From the NCBI RefSeq assembly GCF_001194135.2, contig NC_068994.1, positions 36,707,995 through 36,771,994 of the forward strand: a stretch of DNA of 64,000 bases. Direction: 5' to 3'. The notes below the pieces were generated by a model. It saw only the letters and a list, made by a program, of their open reading frames with translations. It was not told the DNA's origin and did not search any database. The DNA is from Octopus bimaculoides. Taxonomy: Eukaryota. Position numbers and translations under genes: made by a program. This document shows, piece by piece, positions 41,920-54,730 of the stretch (position 1 is the stretch's first letter; every line of letters starts with the position of its first letter).

Positions 41920-42975
41920 TTAGTTGCAATGATTCACCATGATATAAATCAGCCAGGAACAAAATCAAGATCTCTACACTGTATTCATTGATCTGATCAA
42001 CACTTTTGATTCTATTAACAGATAAGACCACTGGAAAATGATATAGAAATTTGGTTGCCTATACAAATTCATTAACGTGATGCATGTAGGCATTAACATG
42101 ATCATGTGGGCATGCAAGCTTGTGTCTTGAATGATGGAGAATTCTTGGCACCTTTCTCTGATACCAGTGGTATGAAGCAGGGCTGTGTTCTAGTACCCAT
42201 CCTCTTTAGTTTGCTGTTTAGCACAGTGCTTTACAATGCATTCTCTCATGAAACCCCTGGCAATCAGATTAGATAAAGTAACTCCTTTGTTGATGATGAT
42301 TGTACTCTGAATGCAAACTCCAAAGCAGATCTTAAACAGATTTTAGATGACTTTGCTTGCATCAACTTATGATAATTTTGGATTTACAATCAGTCTAAAA
42401 AAAACTGAAGTTATGTACCAACCTGCTCCTAGAAAAAAAACCTTACATTGAATCACTCCTGAGAGTCAACAATCAACCTCTGCAAGCTGGAGAGAGATTA
42501 ACCTGCCCTGGAGTATACTGTCAGGGAGTGTTCACATTGATGAAATCAGCTTCCTTTTGGATGTCTTCATCACAAAGTTTGGAAAAGACTTGGTCTGACT
42601 ATAAAAACGAAACTCCACATATACAAAACTATCATGATGACTACACTACTTCATGGTTGTGAAACCTAGACAGTTTACCAAAGACATACCAGCTGGTTTT
42701 CAGTCACATGGTGGACCAAAGAAGAAATACAAAGATATATTGAAGACATGAAAGAGTGTAGCTTAGAGCAGTTTACTTGGGAGTATCTTGCTCAGGAGTG
42801 CTGGAGTACAAAGTTCTGAATTCAATAAGACTAGGGAAGCTAAAGAGAGGAGAGCTACATGGAAGGCAAGGGTCCTGTTAGGTCTTGACTCTGCTATTAT
42901 GTGCCTCCGCTGTAACTGTGGATTCCATGCCAAATTGGCCTAACAAGCCACCTTAGAGTGGTTCCATAGTGGCTT
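41920..42975 (+). mobile_element. RTE-clade LINE relic
   Basis: QEQNQDLYTVFIDL..TFDS, GMKQGCVLVPILFSLLF, ISLKKTEVMYQPAP, LLHGCET motifs with deletions. Confidence 0.85.
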
Positions 42976-43049
42976 TATACTCCATAGAGTGTAAAGCTGA
43001 TAACCAGGTCATCTTCAAATACATGAAAAACGAACCTAATAATATATCT

Positions 43050-43434
43050 GCAGGCGTGGTTGTGTAGTAGGAAGTTCACTTCCCAACCACATGGTTCCAG
43101 GTTTAGTCCTTCTGCACGGCATCTTGGGCAAGCGTCTCTTACTATAGCCTCAGGGCAACCAAAGCCTAGCAAGTGGATTTGCTAGACTGAAACTGAAAGC
43201 AGTCTGTCGCGCGCGCGCATGTGTGTGTGCATTTGGACCCCACAACTGCTCAACAACCTGTGTTAGTGATGTCATTCTCATAAACTAGCGGTTTGGCAAA
43301 AGAGACCAGTAGAATAAGCATGAGGCTTTAAAAAAAAAAAAGAGGTTCTAGGGTCGATTCGCTTGCTTAAAATTCTCGAAGACGGTGCCCCAGCATGGCC
43401 GCAGTCTACTGACTGAAACATGCAAAAGATAAAA
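43050..43434 (+). mobile_element. SINE family A, near full length
   Basis: Colinear with the 13.2-kb copy. Confidence 0.8.
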
Positions 43435-44054
43435 TAGTTAACTATTAAACCTGTACTAGTTGCCTCCCTTACTTACATTAACACTGCATTTTTGCCTTAT
43501 TTCCTATCGTTTGTTTCCAACGGTCTTTTGACAATTGCTTTGTATTTTTCTTCATGTAACTCAGGTAAGTCTTCCATATAGATAACGATAGTTAAACTTA
43601 TGTCGATACATCAAATCCAGGGAGCATTAATTAAGAATTATTTACATCTGACTTATTTAATCTCTAAATAGTTAAAAAAAATTTCTGACTAGTGTCCAAT
43701 CTATTACATTTTCTTTGTCATTTCTTTCACATCTACTTTGATAAATGTGATGAAATCTAAAAATGAGATTATAATAAAACAAAACTGAAGTATACCTGTA
43801 GTTGACAAAAAGCTTGTTACAAAAATGAAAATAAATGCAAAGTCTCTAATTGTGATAATTTCAAAATAGAGTCTTAGCAATGACCAGCAAATAAAATCTT
43901 GCAGATTATTCAATAATATCCTGGACATGATTGATCTCCAATAACTGTTTGATAACAATATCTGATGGAATAATGAGTAGATTCTGCTGTATATGTTAAT
44001 GAATAAAGTACTATTTTTTTTGTTCACTGTCTAACATAAGATATTGGCTTTATA

Positions 44055-44258
44055 TCTTATTTCTTTATTGGCCACAAGGGGCTAAGCATAGAGGGGACAA
44101 ACAAGGAAAGACAAAGGGATTAGGTCGATTACATCGACCCCAGTGTGCAACTGGTACTTAATTTATCGAGCCCGAAAGGATGAAAGACAAAGTCGACTTT
44201 TGCGGAATTTGAACTCAGAACGTAACGGCAGACGAAATACCACTAAGCATTTTGTCCG
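44055..44258 (-). mobile_element. SINE family B, same subfamily as the 54.2-kb nested copy
   Basis: Reverse complement matches 54250-54450, including the tgtccctct...ccccttgtggcc tail. Confidence 0.8.
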
Positions 44259-45972
44259 GTTTTATATCTGGCTATTGGTAAGCACTGTAGCATTGTTAGC
44301 ATTCAACACATGACTCGGTTGTTATTGGCCTCAGCAAGATTTGAATCTAGGACATAAAAGTTGAAACCATCTCTGTAAAGTCTTTTGTCCAACACTTGAA
44401 TCATTCTACCAAAGCACAAAGCCAGGCATTTTAAAAAAGGTAACAATTGGTTATACCTGAGTTTAATACTTAACTGTTACTTATTTCTTCAATAATCTGA
44501 AGGATAATAATTTTTTCTAATTTTAACACAGGGCCAGTAATTCTAGTGGGTGGAGAATTGTTGATTAGATTGATTGATGTTTATCCCAAAAGGATAAAAA
44601 TCAAAGTTGACCTCTGTAGAATTTGAACCCTGAAAGTAAGTTAGGAGACAAAAAAAAATACTCCCAACACATTTGGTCCAACATTCTTACATTTCTACCG
44701 GCTTGCTGCCTTTATTATTTTTAAGTTAGGCACAAGGCCAATATTTTTGAGTCAATACTCAATTTAACAAGAATAGAGACACACTATTAATTCCTCTCAC
44801 AACACTATTCACACCCCAAAATAAAATCAATAACTTGTTTACAAACATATATAAATGCTTGACATATGCTAGCATTGGAACACCTATGCTAGAAATAGCA
44901 GCTAAATGCCCCTCAATTTACACTCCATCATCATAAAAAATACATTGGATAATGTCATCACTGTTATAGAGGATAGAATGTTCATGGCTGGAGCATTTTT
45001 GATTTATAGATCTAATCAGTCAGTGCCAGTATAACTGAAGTAAGCCTTGATATTTCTATACCTTTCAACAAACTGGTTCTTCATATGAAGGATAACATCC
45101 TACCAGAGCATTTAACCACCAATACCAGTAACAAAACAATCTCCTCTTCATGAATTATCTAAAATGTTGTAAAAGACACAAAACTCAGCTGGAGAACTTT
45201 CTGTAGACCATTCATGGATTTTATGTAAATGGGTGAAAGATTAGTTTCATATACCAAAAACACTGCAAGAGGAAACTACTAATTAATCAAAACTCAAATA
45301 TAAAGTTCTATTGAAGTGCTAAAATCAAAAAATCTGAACAAAACAAACCAAACAAGTAGTTGTTTGTAGAAGAAATTAATAACATACTATATACAGAAAT
45401 GAAAGAATGAATTAGCAAAGAGTACACCAAGAGCAAACTGGAGCAGAATATTACAGAAATATCAGACAAATGTAAATCTTTCATACATTTCTGTCATTAA
45501 ACTGCAGCCATGCAGGGTTTTAGCAAACAAATTGACTCCAGTATTTATTTTTAAAGTTTAGTACTTATTCTGTTGCCTTTTTTTGTTGAACTATTAGTTT
45601 ATGGGGGAAGTAAACAAACTAACACCATTCAGCAAATGCAGGTGAAACAGACAAAAAATCACATGCATTCCCCCCACCCACAGAATGGGCTTCAACACAG
45701 TTTTTCTTTACCAAATTCGTTCACAAGGCATTGGTCAATCTGGGACTGTAATAGAAGACACTTGCTATGCAAGGGTCTTCTACTGAACCTGAAACACTGT
45801 GGTTACAAAGCAAGCTTCTTAAGCACACAACCATGCCTGTACCTAAAAAGATAAAATAATGTAAAATAAAAATAGACCCTGAAGTAGGATTATAAGAATG
45901 AATCCATTTGTGAAGTCAGTCATAAAGTACAGTTTCAATCTAATATGTTGGAATATAAGTACGCTTCCGGAC

Positions 45973-46020
<48 letters not shown>

Positions 46021-47313
46021 GAACTTATTGTATATGGTGCTTTGGTGCTCTATAGCTCATCAGAAAAAGTAACCAAAACTGCATGAACAGTACATAGAAT
46101 ATGCACAGGAACGGAACTGAGAATAAGTCTACAAAAAAACAACAAAAAAAACTAAAACATAAAGGACAACTTCTCACTTTTTCTCAAACCTATCGTCGTT
46201 ATGTAGATATAAATAGGATATACGAAGCACATGAAGAAGAGAGAAAAATTAGTTAATAAGGGAATCTGTAATGTAGTCCATGACCTTTCTACAAATAATT
46301 GTAAAATCTTTTGCTAATCATACATTAAATAATGCTAACCGAGCTATACAAAAAGATGGATGGTCACAACTGGAACATTTCTTTCTTCATGGCTTTGCTT
46401 CATCAGTGATTATCTGAAGCTAGACATCAGAGAGGAATGGTGGATCTAATATGACAAAACAACAGTAAAGGTAAAAAAAAATAAAACAAAAGATATATCA
46501 AAACTGAAGTGTAACCTTACTAATGAGAGAAGAGAAATAAAAGAGAATAAATTCTCTCTATGGTCACTATCCCACAAAATTTAACAGGGTGTGTATTTAT
46601 CAATCATTGTCAAAGCTTACCATTACTCAAAAGTCCAGCGATAAATGACAAATGGAAGGTTAGATTTTAGCTCATCAAAATTAATGTCTGACCACAAAAA
46701 TACTGACAAAATAAAATAATTAAGCAAGGGATTAGCATAAACATAACGAAACACTTGGCTACATCATTTCTGACTGCTCAGTCCTTGCACACATAGAAAA
46801 TATTTACAGAAATTACAATGTTGGTAGCGACGTGCATTGACCAAAACTGTAAACAACTGTATAAATATATAAATAAGCAATCTTAGATGTAAGGGAGAAA
46901 ACTCAGTATGTATGAACTATTGCTTCGATGATAAGGTAAGAAGTTTCTTTTCCAGCGTGATTATACATAAATCGATTTCTTTCTACTAGACACAAGAAAA
47001 AATATTTTTCTAAGAGTAGAGCTATTGTTATGTGAAATAATATCGATTTTTAATTCTGACAGAAGACCACACACATATCAGGGTTATGGAATATAGTTTA
47101 CAATGATGCAGTATATGACTGGTATTTATTTTATCGTCTTTCCTCCTAAAAGATGTAGCCGAAGTAGACGTCTGATAGGAACGAATTCAGAACAATAGTA
47201 TCTAAACACCACGAAGAATGTTTGTCTACCTTATAGCTGGTTCTACCATTTTATACCCTTATAAAGTTCATTATTTACATTTGACGGATATTTGTCCTAA
47301 TCTTGTTTGTTGT

Positions 47314-47360
47314 TAACATAACGTTTCGGCTGATATACCCTCCAGCCTTCATCAGGTGCC
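47314..47360 (-). ncRNA. Second minimal hammerhead ribozyme copy, stem I weakened
   Basis: Minus strand ggcac-CUGAUGA-aggcug...cagcc-GAAA-CG-UU-auguu; C/A mismatch at the first stem I pair. Confidence 0.55.
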
Positions 47361-47407
47361 TTGGGGAAATTTGGAACCTGGGTTCTCATTACTAAGGTAT
47401 TTTTCGA

Positions 47408-47443
<36 letters not shown>

Positions 47444-47541
47444 CTATTCCAGGCAGTGACCTGGATAATAATAATAATAATAATAATAACAACATCGAAA
47501 AATACCTTAGGAATGAGAACCCAGGTTCGAAATTTCCCCAA

Positions 47542-47587
47542 GACACCTGATGAAGGCTGGAGGGTATATCAGCCGAAACGTTGTGTT
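47542..47587 (+). ncRNA. Minimal type I hammerhead ribozyme (Penelope-type)
   Basis: gacac-CUGAUGA-a-ggcug[gaggguauau]cagcc-GAAA-CG-UU-guguu: stem I, complete core, stem II and palindromic mini stem III. Confidence 0.75.
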
Positions 47588-48740
47588 AACAACAAACAAG
47601 ATGAGGACAAATATCTGTCAAATGTAAATAATGTAAATAATTCCTCATCTCTGAACTGTATATAGAACTGTATTACCTTATAAAGTTTTATAAAAGTCAC
47701 AGAACTCTAAATAAACGAAGGGCAGGCAACTATGCTGTGATTAAACAAAGAATGCTACAATTTCATACTGACTTAAAATTTGAGAAGGAATTCCTTGGGA
47801 ATACAGAGACATAAATGGTGATGACATTAAACATTTGGGAAGAAATGTGTGTTTGAATCTTCTTCATGTGTATCTGTGTTTAGTTTAAAGAGATACATCT
47901 TATATCTTTTACTTGTGTCAATCATTGGACTGTGAACCCATAGGAGCTGTCCCTTGAACTGATTAGTCAAACAAAGCAAGCCCAATATTTATCTTTTTAA
48001 AGTTTTGTACTTACTTTATCAGTCTTTTTTACCAAGCCACTAAGTTACGGGGACATAAACAAACTAACACTGGTTGCCAGGTGGTAGTGGTGACAGGACA
48101 ACCCCACTCCATATATATATATATATATATATGGAATGACCTTGCAGGTAGATGTATGTATATTTTGTTTACAAAACTAACTGACCACAATGCTTTCCCC
48201 ACTCCAGTTGTAAAGAGGTTATGCACATCTGGCCATTTGAGTCAGATGAGTTGACTATTTAGCTAAATGCTTTATAGGAGTGAAACAAATGGTCACCCTC
48301 TGACCGGCTATAACAACCAGCCATCTAAATATCCTACTGCTCTAATGTTTTAGAGTGTGCTTTTTTTTCGGATATATGAACTACTGATGATGTATGTATG
48401 TATGTATGTTTATATGTATGTATGTNNNNNNNNNNNNNNNNNNNNNNNNNNNNNNNNNNNNNNNNNNNNNNNNNNNNNNNNNNNNNNNNNNNNNNNNNNN
48501 NNNNNNNNNNNNNNNNNNNNNNNNNGTGGCTGGTAAGCAAGCTACTTACCACACAGCCACTCCTGTATATACATATTCTTTTTCTTTATTGTAGTTAATT
48601 TGCCTGACAGCTATTTTCAGTTGTCATTATAGGTTTGAAATTGAGTAAATTGAATGACCAAAGAAAATTAATGCTACTTTTGTGAGAGTCTCTGTGGAAA
48701 GTAGCATTGATCTTTTAGGTCGTTCAACTTTTCACAACCG

Positions 48741-48872
48741 ATGAATGGGCTGACTGAGTAAACTTATCAATAATGAACCTATAATGACTACTGGAAACAG
48801 CTACATTTGTAGCTGTTTCCAGTAATATTAATAGGTTTGTTATTGATAGGTTTTCTCAATTAGCCCATTCAT
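48741..48872. repeat. Imperfect foldback, arms about 65 bp
   Basis: Perfect centre tactggaaacagctaca-tt-tgtagctgtttccagta; outer arms diverged. Confidence 0.9.
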
Positions 48873-49239
48873 TGACAGTCATTGTATATATCCACTAGTC
48901 ATTATATATATATATATATTTTCTGATGATTTCTCTAATAGGAAATTTCTTACATGTCTATATAACATGTAAATTTTTGTGATTTTAAATAGAAAATGAA
49001 ACAACTGTAATGGAGAATAAATAATACCATAAAATTTCCATTTTATTATTTTGTTTATTCAACAACTCTACAAATAATATTGCCATAATCCTCAATTTTA
49101 TTGTGTATTTTGATTTACACACAACAGTAGTAATGGATACATATTAATTGTAAAAATGAAATAAGCAGATGTGCTTGAAGAAGAAACAGCTGGGAATTAC
49201 CCTAAACACACGAACATATATATATATATATATATATAT

Positions 49240-49336
49240 ACCGGTCTGTCAATATGCTAGAAGAAGCTCACTTAAAAAATTCTCAAATACGGAGAATTTT
49301 TTAAGTGAGCTTCTTCTAGCATATTGACAGACTGGT
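49240..49336. repeat. Near-perfect 45-bp hairpin with a 7-nt loop
   Basis: 44 of 45 positions are Watson-Crick; the remaining one is G-U on the plus strand. Confidence 0.95.
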
Positions 49337-49481
49337 CACTGGTCAATCTTATATACACAAGTACTATAATCTTTTTAGGATCTCGAAAAAATTTTTTAGA
49401 TGAACCTTCTGATTCTTTTAATGTGCTAGTTTCCTGGTATTAAATTGATATTAATTGATATCAAATTTTTACCATATTATG

Positions 49482-49518
<37 letters not shown>

Positions 49519-51919
49519 TAGATAGATAGATATGTATGTATATATGTATATGAAAAGCTTCCACAAAATTTCCATCTATCAAATTTACTAACAAAACAAC
49601 TGATTAGCACAGGGTTATTGGAGAAGACACTTGTTCTAGGTACCATGCAGTGAAAATGAACTTGAAACCACATGTTGGTAAGCAAATTTCTTAACCACAC
49701 TGCTAATTACAGAATAAGAGAAGACAATTAAATCTTACTGACGACCATGCTTGTATTAGAGTGAACATAAATAAGTCTGGTCTACTTTGTCACTCAAATT
49801 CTTTATTTAGTCACTTTGTATCACATTTTTATGAACAACAAAGGGTAGTTGATTACAGGTTGTCAGTCAGGATATAGGAAGTTGGCAGGCAATTATGGTT
49901 CACTGCATTTGATATTTACAAAAATGATGAGGGAGAGTCTGTGCAAATTGGGTGGAACTAATAATCCACAAGGGATTTTTACTTGGAAACAGTTTAACAG
50001 TTTTCTTGCCAATATTTGCAGCTTTTGCTGAGATACTTTTGTGAACCACCCCCCTCTCTCTCTCTCACACACACACACACTATAAATTAGCAAAGTTGTT
50101 AAAGCACTGGATACAGTATCTTGTCATGTCTGTGCTCAAAGTTCCAATCTCATCAAGGTCAATTGTGTCTTTTATCCTTTTGTGGGGTCAATAAATAAAG
50201 TGCTCTTTCTTTCTTTCTTTCTTTCTTTCTCATCTCTCTCCTCTCCCTCTCTCTTTCACGCACACACACAGGCATAACTTGAGTGTGTCCTGCCTTGAGC
50301 AACCCTTGTGTTTGTTCAATATCATTTGTTACACGTACTGGTAGTTTAATTCTCTGGTAGGATGTTATCCTCCAAATAAACAAACAGCTTGTTGAAACGT
50401 ATAGAAATATCAAGACTTATCTCAGCTATATTGGCAATGAATGAGCAGATCTATAATGCAAAAATATTTTAGCCATGATCATTCTCTCCTCTTTCCTGTA
50501 TAACATTGATTACACTATCCAAAGTATTTCCTTCTTTAAGATGATGGGATATAAATTGAGAGGCATTTAGCTGTTATTTCTAGCATAGGTGTTCCAACAT
50601 TGGCACATGTCAAAGCATTTAAATATTGTTTATAAACAAGTTATTGATTTTAGTTTGGAGTGTGAATAGTGTTTTGGGAGGAATTATTGATGTGTCTCTG
50701 TTCTCAAAATTATTGATGTGTCTGTTCTCAAAAGTATGGGCCGTGTGTCTAACTTAGAAACAATAAAGGCAGCAAACTGGTAAAAATATAAGAATACCAG
50801 ACCAAATGTTTTGGAGTATTTCTTCTTCTTCTTTACTTTCTTAGTTCAAATTCCACAGAGGTCAACTTTGCCTTTAATCCTTTTGGAGCTGATAAAATAA
50901 ATATCAATCACTGTAATTGACTATCCTTCAACCCCTAAAATTAGTGGACNNNNNNNNNNNNNNNNNNNNNNNNNNNNNNNNNNNNNNNNNNNNNNNNNNN
51001 NNNNNNNNNNNNNNNNNNNNATAAATATCAATCACTGTAATTGACTATCCTTCAACCCCTAAAATTAGTGGACTTGTGTCAAAATTAGAAAGAATTATCC
51101 TTCAGATGATTGAGGAAACAAGTAACAGTTAAGTATTAGACTCAGTATAACCAATTGTTTCTGTCTCCTAAATGTCTGCCTTTGTGCCTTGGCAGAATCA
51201 TTAGAGTGTTGGACAAACTACATTGCAGTGTTTGTTTTAACTCTTTAAGTCCAAAGCTCAGATCTTGCTGAGGTGTACATACACAGTAGTAACTGAGTCA
51301 GAGTCATAAGCTGAATGCAAACCAGTGCTACAATGCTTCCCAATAGCCAAACAAAAACCAATTATGTTAGGGCAGTGAAAATAAAAGACGACAGTACTTC
51401 ACTCATTAACAAATACAACAAAATCTACTCAATATTTCAACAGATAATATTATCCAACAGTTATTGTAGATCAATTATACTTAGGATATTGCCAAATAAT
51501 CTGTTAGATATTATTGGCTGGTCATTGCTAAGCTCATCCCACCATTTTTCATGGGCAATAAAGCCTCTACAAGCTTATACAGTGGACCTGAAAGTGCTGC
51601 TTTTATAAAAGCATTGCTCAAAGTGGAAAAGAAATATTAATTTTAGTTGTCGATTAGCCTCAAGTGAGTCCTAATTGAGCGGACATACATGGCATTGCAG
51701 CCATAACCACCCTGTGTGTTTTTTTGGTGGGGGTGGGTGGAGGTGTGTCACTGCATCCCTCTGTCCACAACTACATTATCCAAAAAAGACTCCTTTAGTA
51801 AAAATGCAAGAGATCACTTGTTTGCCATTTCCAGCAAATCAAGACTTCTTCATTGGCTCAAAATATTAATTTTAGGAAAATAATATTTCTGCAAATTTAC
51901 CTTTGTTCTCTTAAAATTA

Positions 51920-53164
51920 TTGGGTCATGAATAATGTGGTTTTTTCAGTTGCATGAAATACAAGTCAGGAGGTGACGGGATAAACTACCTTCATCAACTT
52001 GCTATAAAAGCAGGCGGGTAATAATTTTACCTTTTCCTTATTCTTAGTGCAAATTTTGAAGAGTGCATTTCGATTTTAACAGTTATTTTTTTAAAGCTAT
52101 AATGGAAGTGTCAAAGGAGCATATTCGGCATATCTTGCTTTATTAGGTCAATAAAGGCAACAACACAACAGAAAGTGCAAGGAATAGTAATGCAGTATAT
52201 GGGGATTGGATAGTAAGCATAAGCCAGTGTCAACAGTGGTTCCAGAAATTCTGAGCCTTGTCCTGGAAGATCAGTAGAACTCAACAAGGATGTCCTGCAA
52301 ACCCTGGTGAAACAAAATCCCAGCGTAACTGTTGAGGAACTAGCAGAGAAGCTTAAATTTGGCCATTCAACCATCGATCGACACCTGTGTGCCATTGGAA
52401 AAGTCAACAAATTGTGTCAATGGGTTCCTCAAAAATTTACCGAGTCTGTGAATGTGTGCTCTTCTTTGCTGTCACATCTCACAAATGATCTTTTTGGGGG
52501 CCAAATAGTGACTGATGACAAGAAATGGGTTCTCTATAAAAATATCAAGTGTTGAAGACAGTGGGTAGGGTAAGGAAAAACACCAACACCCCAGGCTAAA
52601 GAAGATCTTCACCCATGTGAGGTGTTGTTATCTGTTTAGTGGGATATGAATGATTAATCCACTTTGAACTTTTAAACCCAAACCAAATGATAACAAAGAT
52701 CTACTGTGAGCAGCTTGAGTGGCTTAAGTTAGTGCTAGAAGGAAAATGACCATCTTTGGTTTCAAGATGAAAGGTGTTCTTCTATCAGAGTAATGCTCAG
52801 CCACATACAGCAAGGATGACATTCAAAAACCTGGATCAGTCTGAATGGAAACGATGTCCCACCCTCCATATTCACCAGACATTGCCCCATTTGATTATCA
52901 TTTATTCTGCAGTCTTCAAAATTATTTGGTCAGAAAAAAATATGAACTCAGTAGATGAGGTCCGAACAGTACTGGAAGAGTATTTTTTCATGATAGACAA
53001 GTGAATTTTGGAAGAGGGGCCTTGCAAGTCTACCAGATAGATAGAAAGTCATTGTAGAAAATGAAAGAGAGTATATTTTAGATTAAAAAAAGAATTTTGT
53101 TCATCTTAATTTTGAAAAATAAAAGAAGTATAAAAAAACCCACATCATTTATGGGCTGACCCAA
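51920..53164 (+). mobile_element. Near full-length decayed mariner (DD34D-type) transposon
   Basis: TA-flanked TIRs (ttgggtca.../...tgacccaa); MEVSKEHIRHILL, WVPQK, IVTDDKKW, HPPYSPDIAPFDYHLF motifs; many stops and frameshifts. Confidence 0.9.
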
Positions 53165-53696
53165 TACTTAGAGGAGAAAATATGATATTTTTTCAGAGCC
53201 TCTCAAACTATTTGGAAGAAGTTATCCTTAGACTATATTCAAATACTTGTTACAGGTTGAATTCTGCAAAAGGTACCAATGTGCCAGGTGTTGATGGTTA
53301 ACCACTTGTTGGATTAAGTCACCTAAGACATATTTTTCAAACAAGCGATGCTCCCTAGCACACTGTTAAGACATAGGAGATCAGCATTTCTTTGTAATAT
53401 TTGGTGGGATTACAAGTTTGAATTTGAAATTAAGGAATAAAGAAAAAGTTGCATAGAAAATGCATTTATTTCTTTTTATGCCTATTTATTAAGAAGTTCT
53501 AAAAATTTCTAAAGAGTGATACTCATGCATAACACTATTTCATTTTGTTTTAGATATCATCAGTATGGACATAACCTGAGGTATATTAACACAGCTGTAA
53601 ATATGCTGCTGCTGGCTAAACTTCAGAGATGGCAAATATTACACATTTGGCTTAAATGGTGATCATCTAGCGTACTTAAATTTGAGGAAACCATAC

Positions 53697-53728
<32 letters not shown>

Positions 53729-54061
53729 ACCTGCAACAAATATTCTTTAAACCTTTGCCCTAGTTTCTATTTCAATGAAGAATACTTGTAGTTGTTCGAA
53801 CATTGTTTTAGCAGTAGAAGAAAATTGAATTATCGCCAATGGAACCATTGATACAATACTGTACACTATGTATTGCAAGGCGCTTGGTTATTATCATTAA
53901 ACACTTATGATTGGGAGATAGGAGCACTCACTGCAGGATTAGCCGAGGGTACTGAATACCCTGGTATTGTTCCTGTTCAGACATGATGTAAAAAAGATAT
54001 TTTCAGAAGCAACTGACCATTTTATATTAATGCTTTTAATTAATTTTTTTTTGTATATTTA

Positions 54062-54730
54062 GGTGCAGGCATGGCTGTGTGGTAAGAATCTTGCTTTCCA
54101 AACACATGGTTCTGGATTCAGTCCCACTGCATGGCACCTTGGGCAAGTATCTTCTACTATACCCTTGGACTGATCAAAGCCTTGTAAGTGGATTTGGTAA
54201 ACAGAAACCAGAAACTGTTAAGGCGGCGAGCTGGCAGAAACATTAACGTGACTTGCGAAATGCTTAGCGGTATTTCGTCTGCCGCTATGTTCTGAGTTCG
54301 AATTCCTCTGAGATCGACTTTGCCTTTCATTCTTTCGGGGTCAATTAAATAAGTACCAGTTATGCACTGGGGTCGATATAATCGACTTAATCCGTTTGTC
54401 TGTCCTTGTTTGTCCCCTCTGTGTGTAGCCCCTTGTGGGCAGTAAAGAAATAAGAAACTAGAAACTGTAAGAAGCCTGTTGTATGTGTGTGTGTGTGTGT
54501 GTGTGCCTTTGTGTGTAAGTGTCTTTGTCTCTGTGCTTGTCCTCCACCACCACTTGACAACTGGTGTTGGTGTGTTTACACCCCATAACTCAACAGTTCA
54601 GCAAAAGAATAAGTACTAGGTTTAAAAAAAAAAGTCCTGGTATCAATTTGTTTGGCTAAACCTCTTCAAGGTGGTGCACTAGCATGGCCACACTCAAATG
54701 ACTGAAACAATTAAAAGATAAAAGATAAAG
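54062..54730 (+). mobile_element. SINE family A interrupted by a family B SINE (54219-54453)
   Basis: 15-bp duplication gaaac(c/t)agaaactgt at 54204-54218 and 54454-54468. Confidence 0.85.

Larger units (their letters stand above)
47269..47675. mobile_element. Palindromic Penelope-like (pLTR-derived) insertion
   Basis: 365-bp inverted repeat 47269-47633 with a 6-nt loop at 47454-47459; direct repeat ccttataaagtt at 47257-47268 and 47676-47687; hammerhead cores in both arms. Confidence 0.75.

Noticed and set aside
43500-43570. Perfect plus-strand donor TCAG|GTAAGT near 43565
   Set aside because: Isolated; no open frame or acceptor supports an exon.
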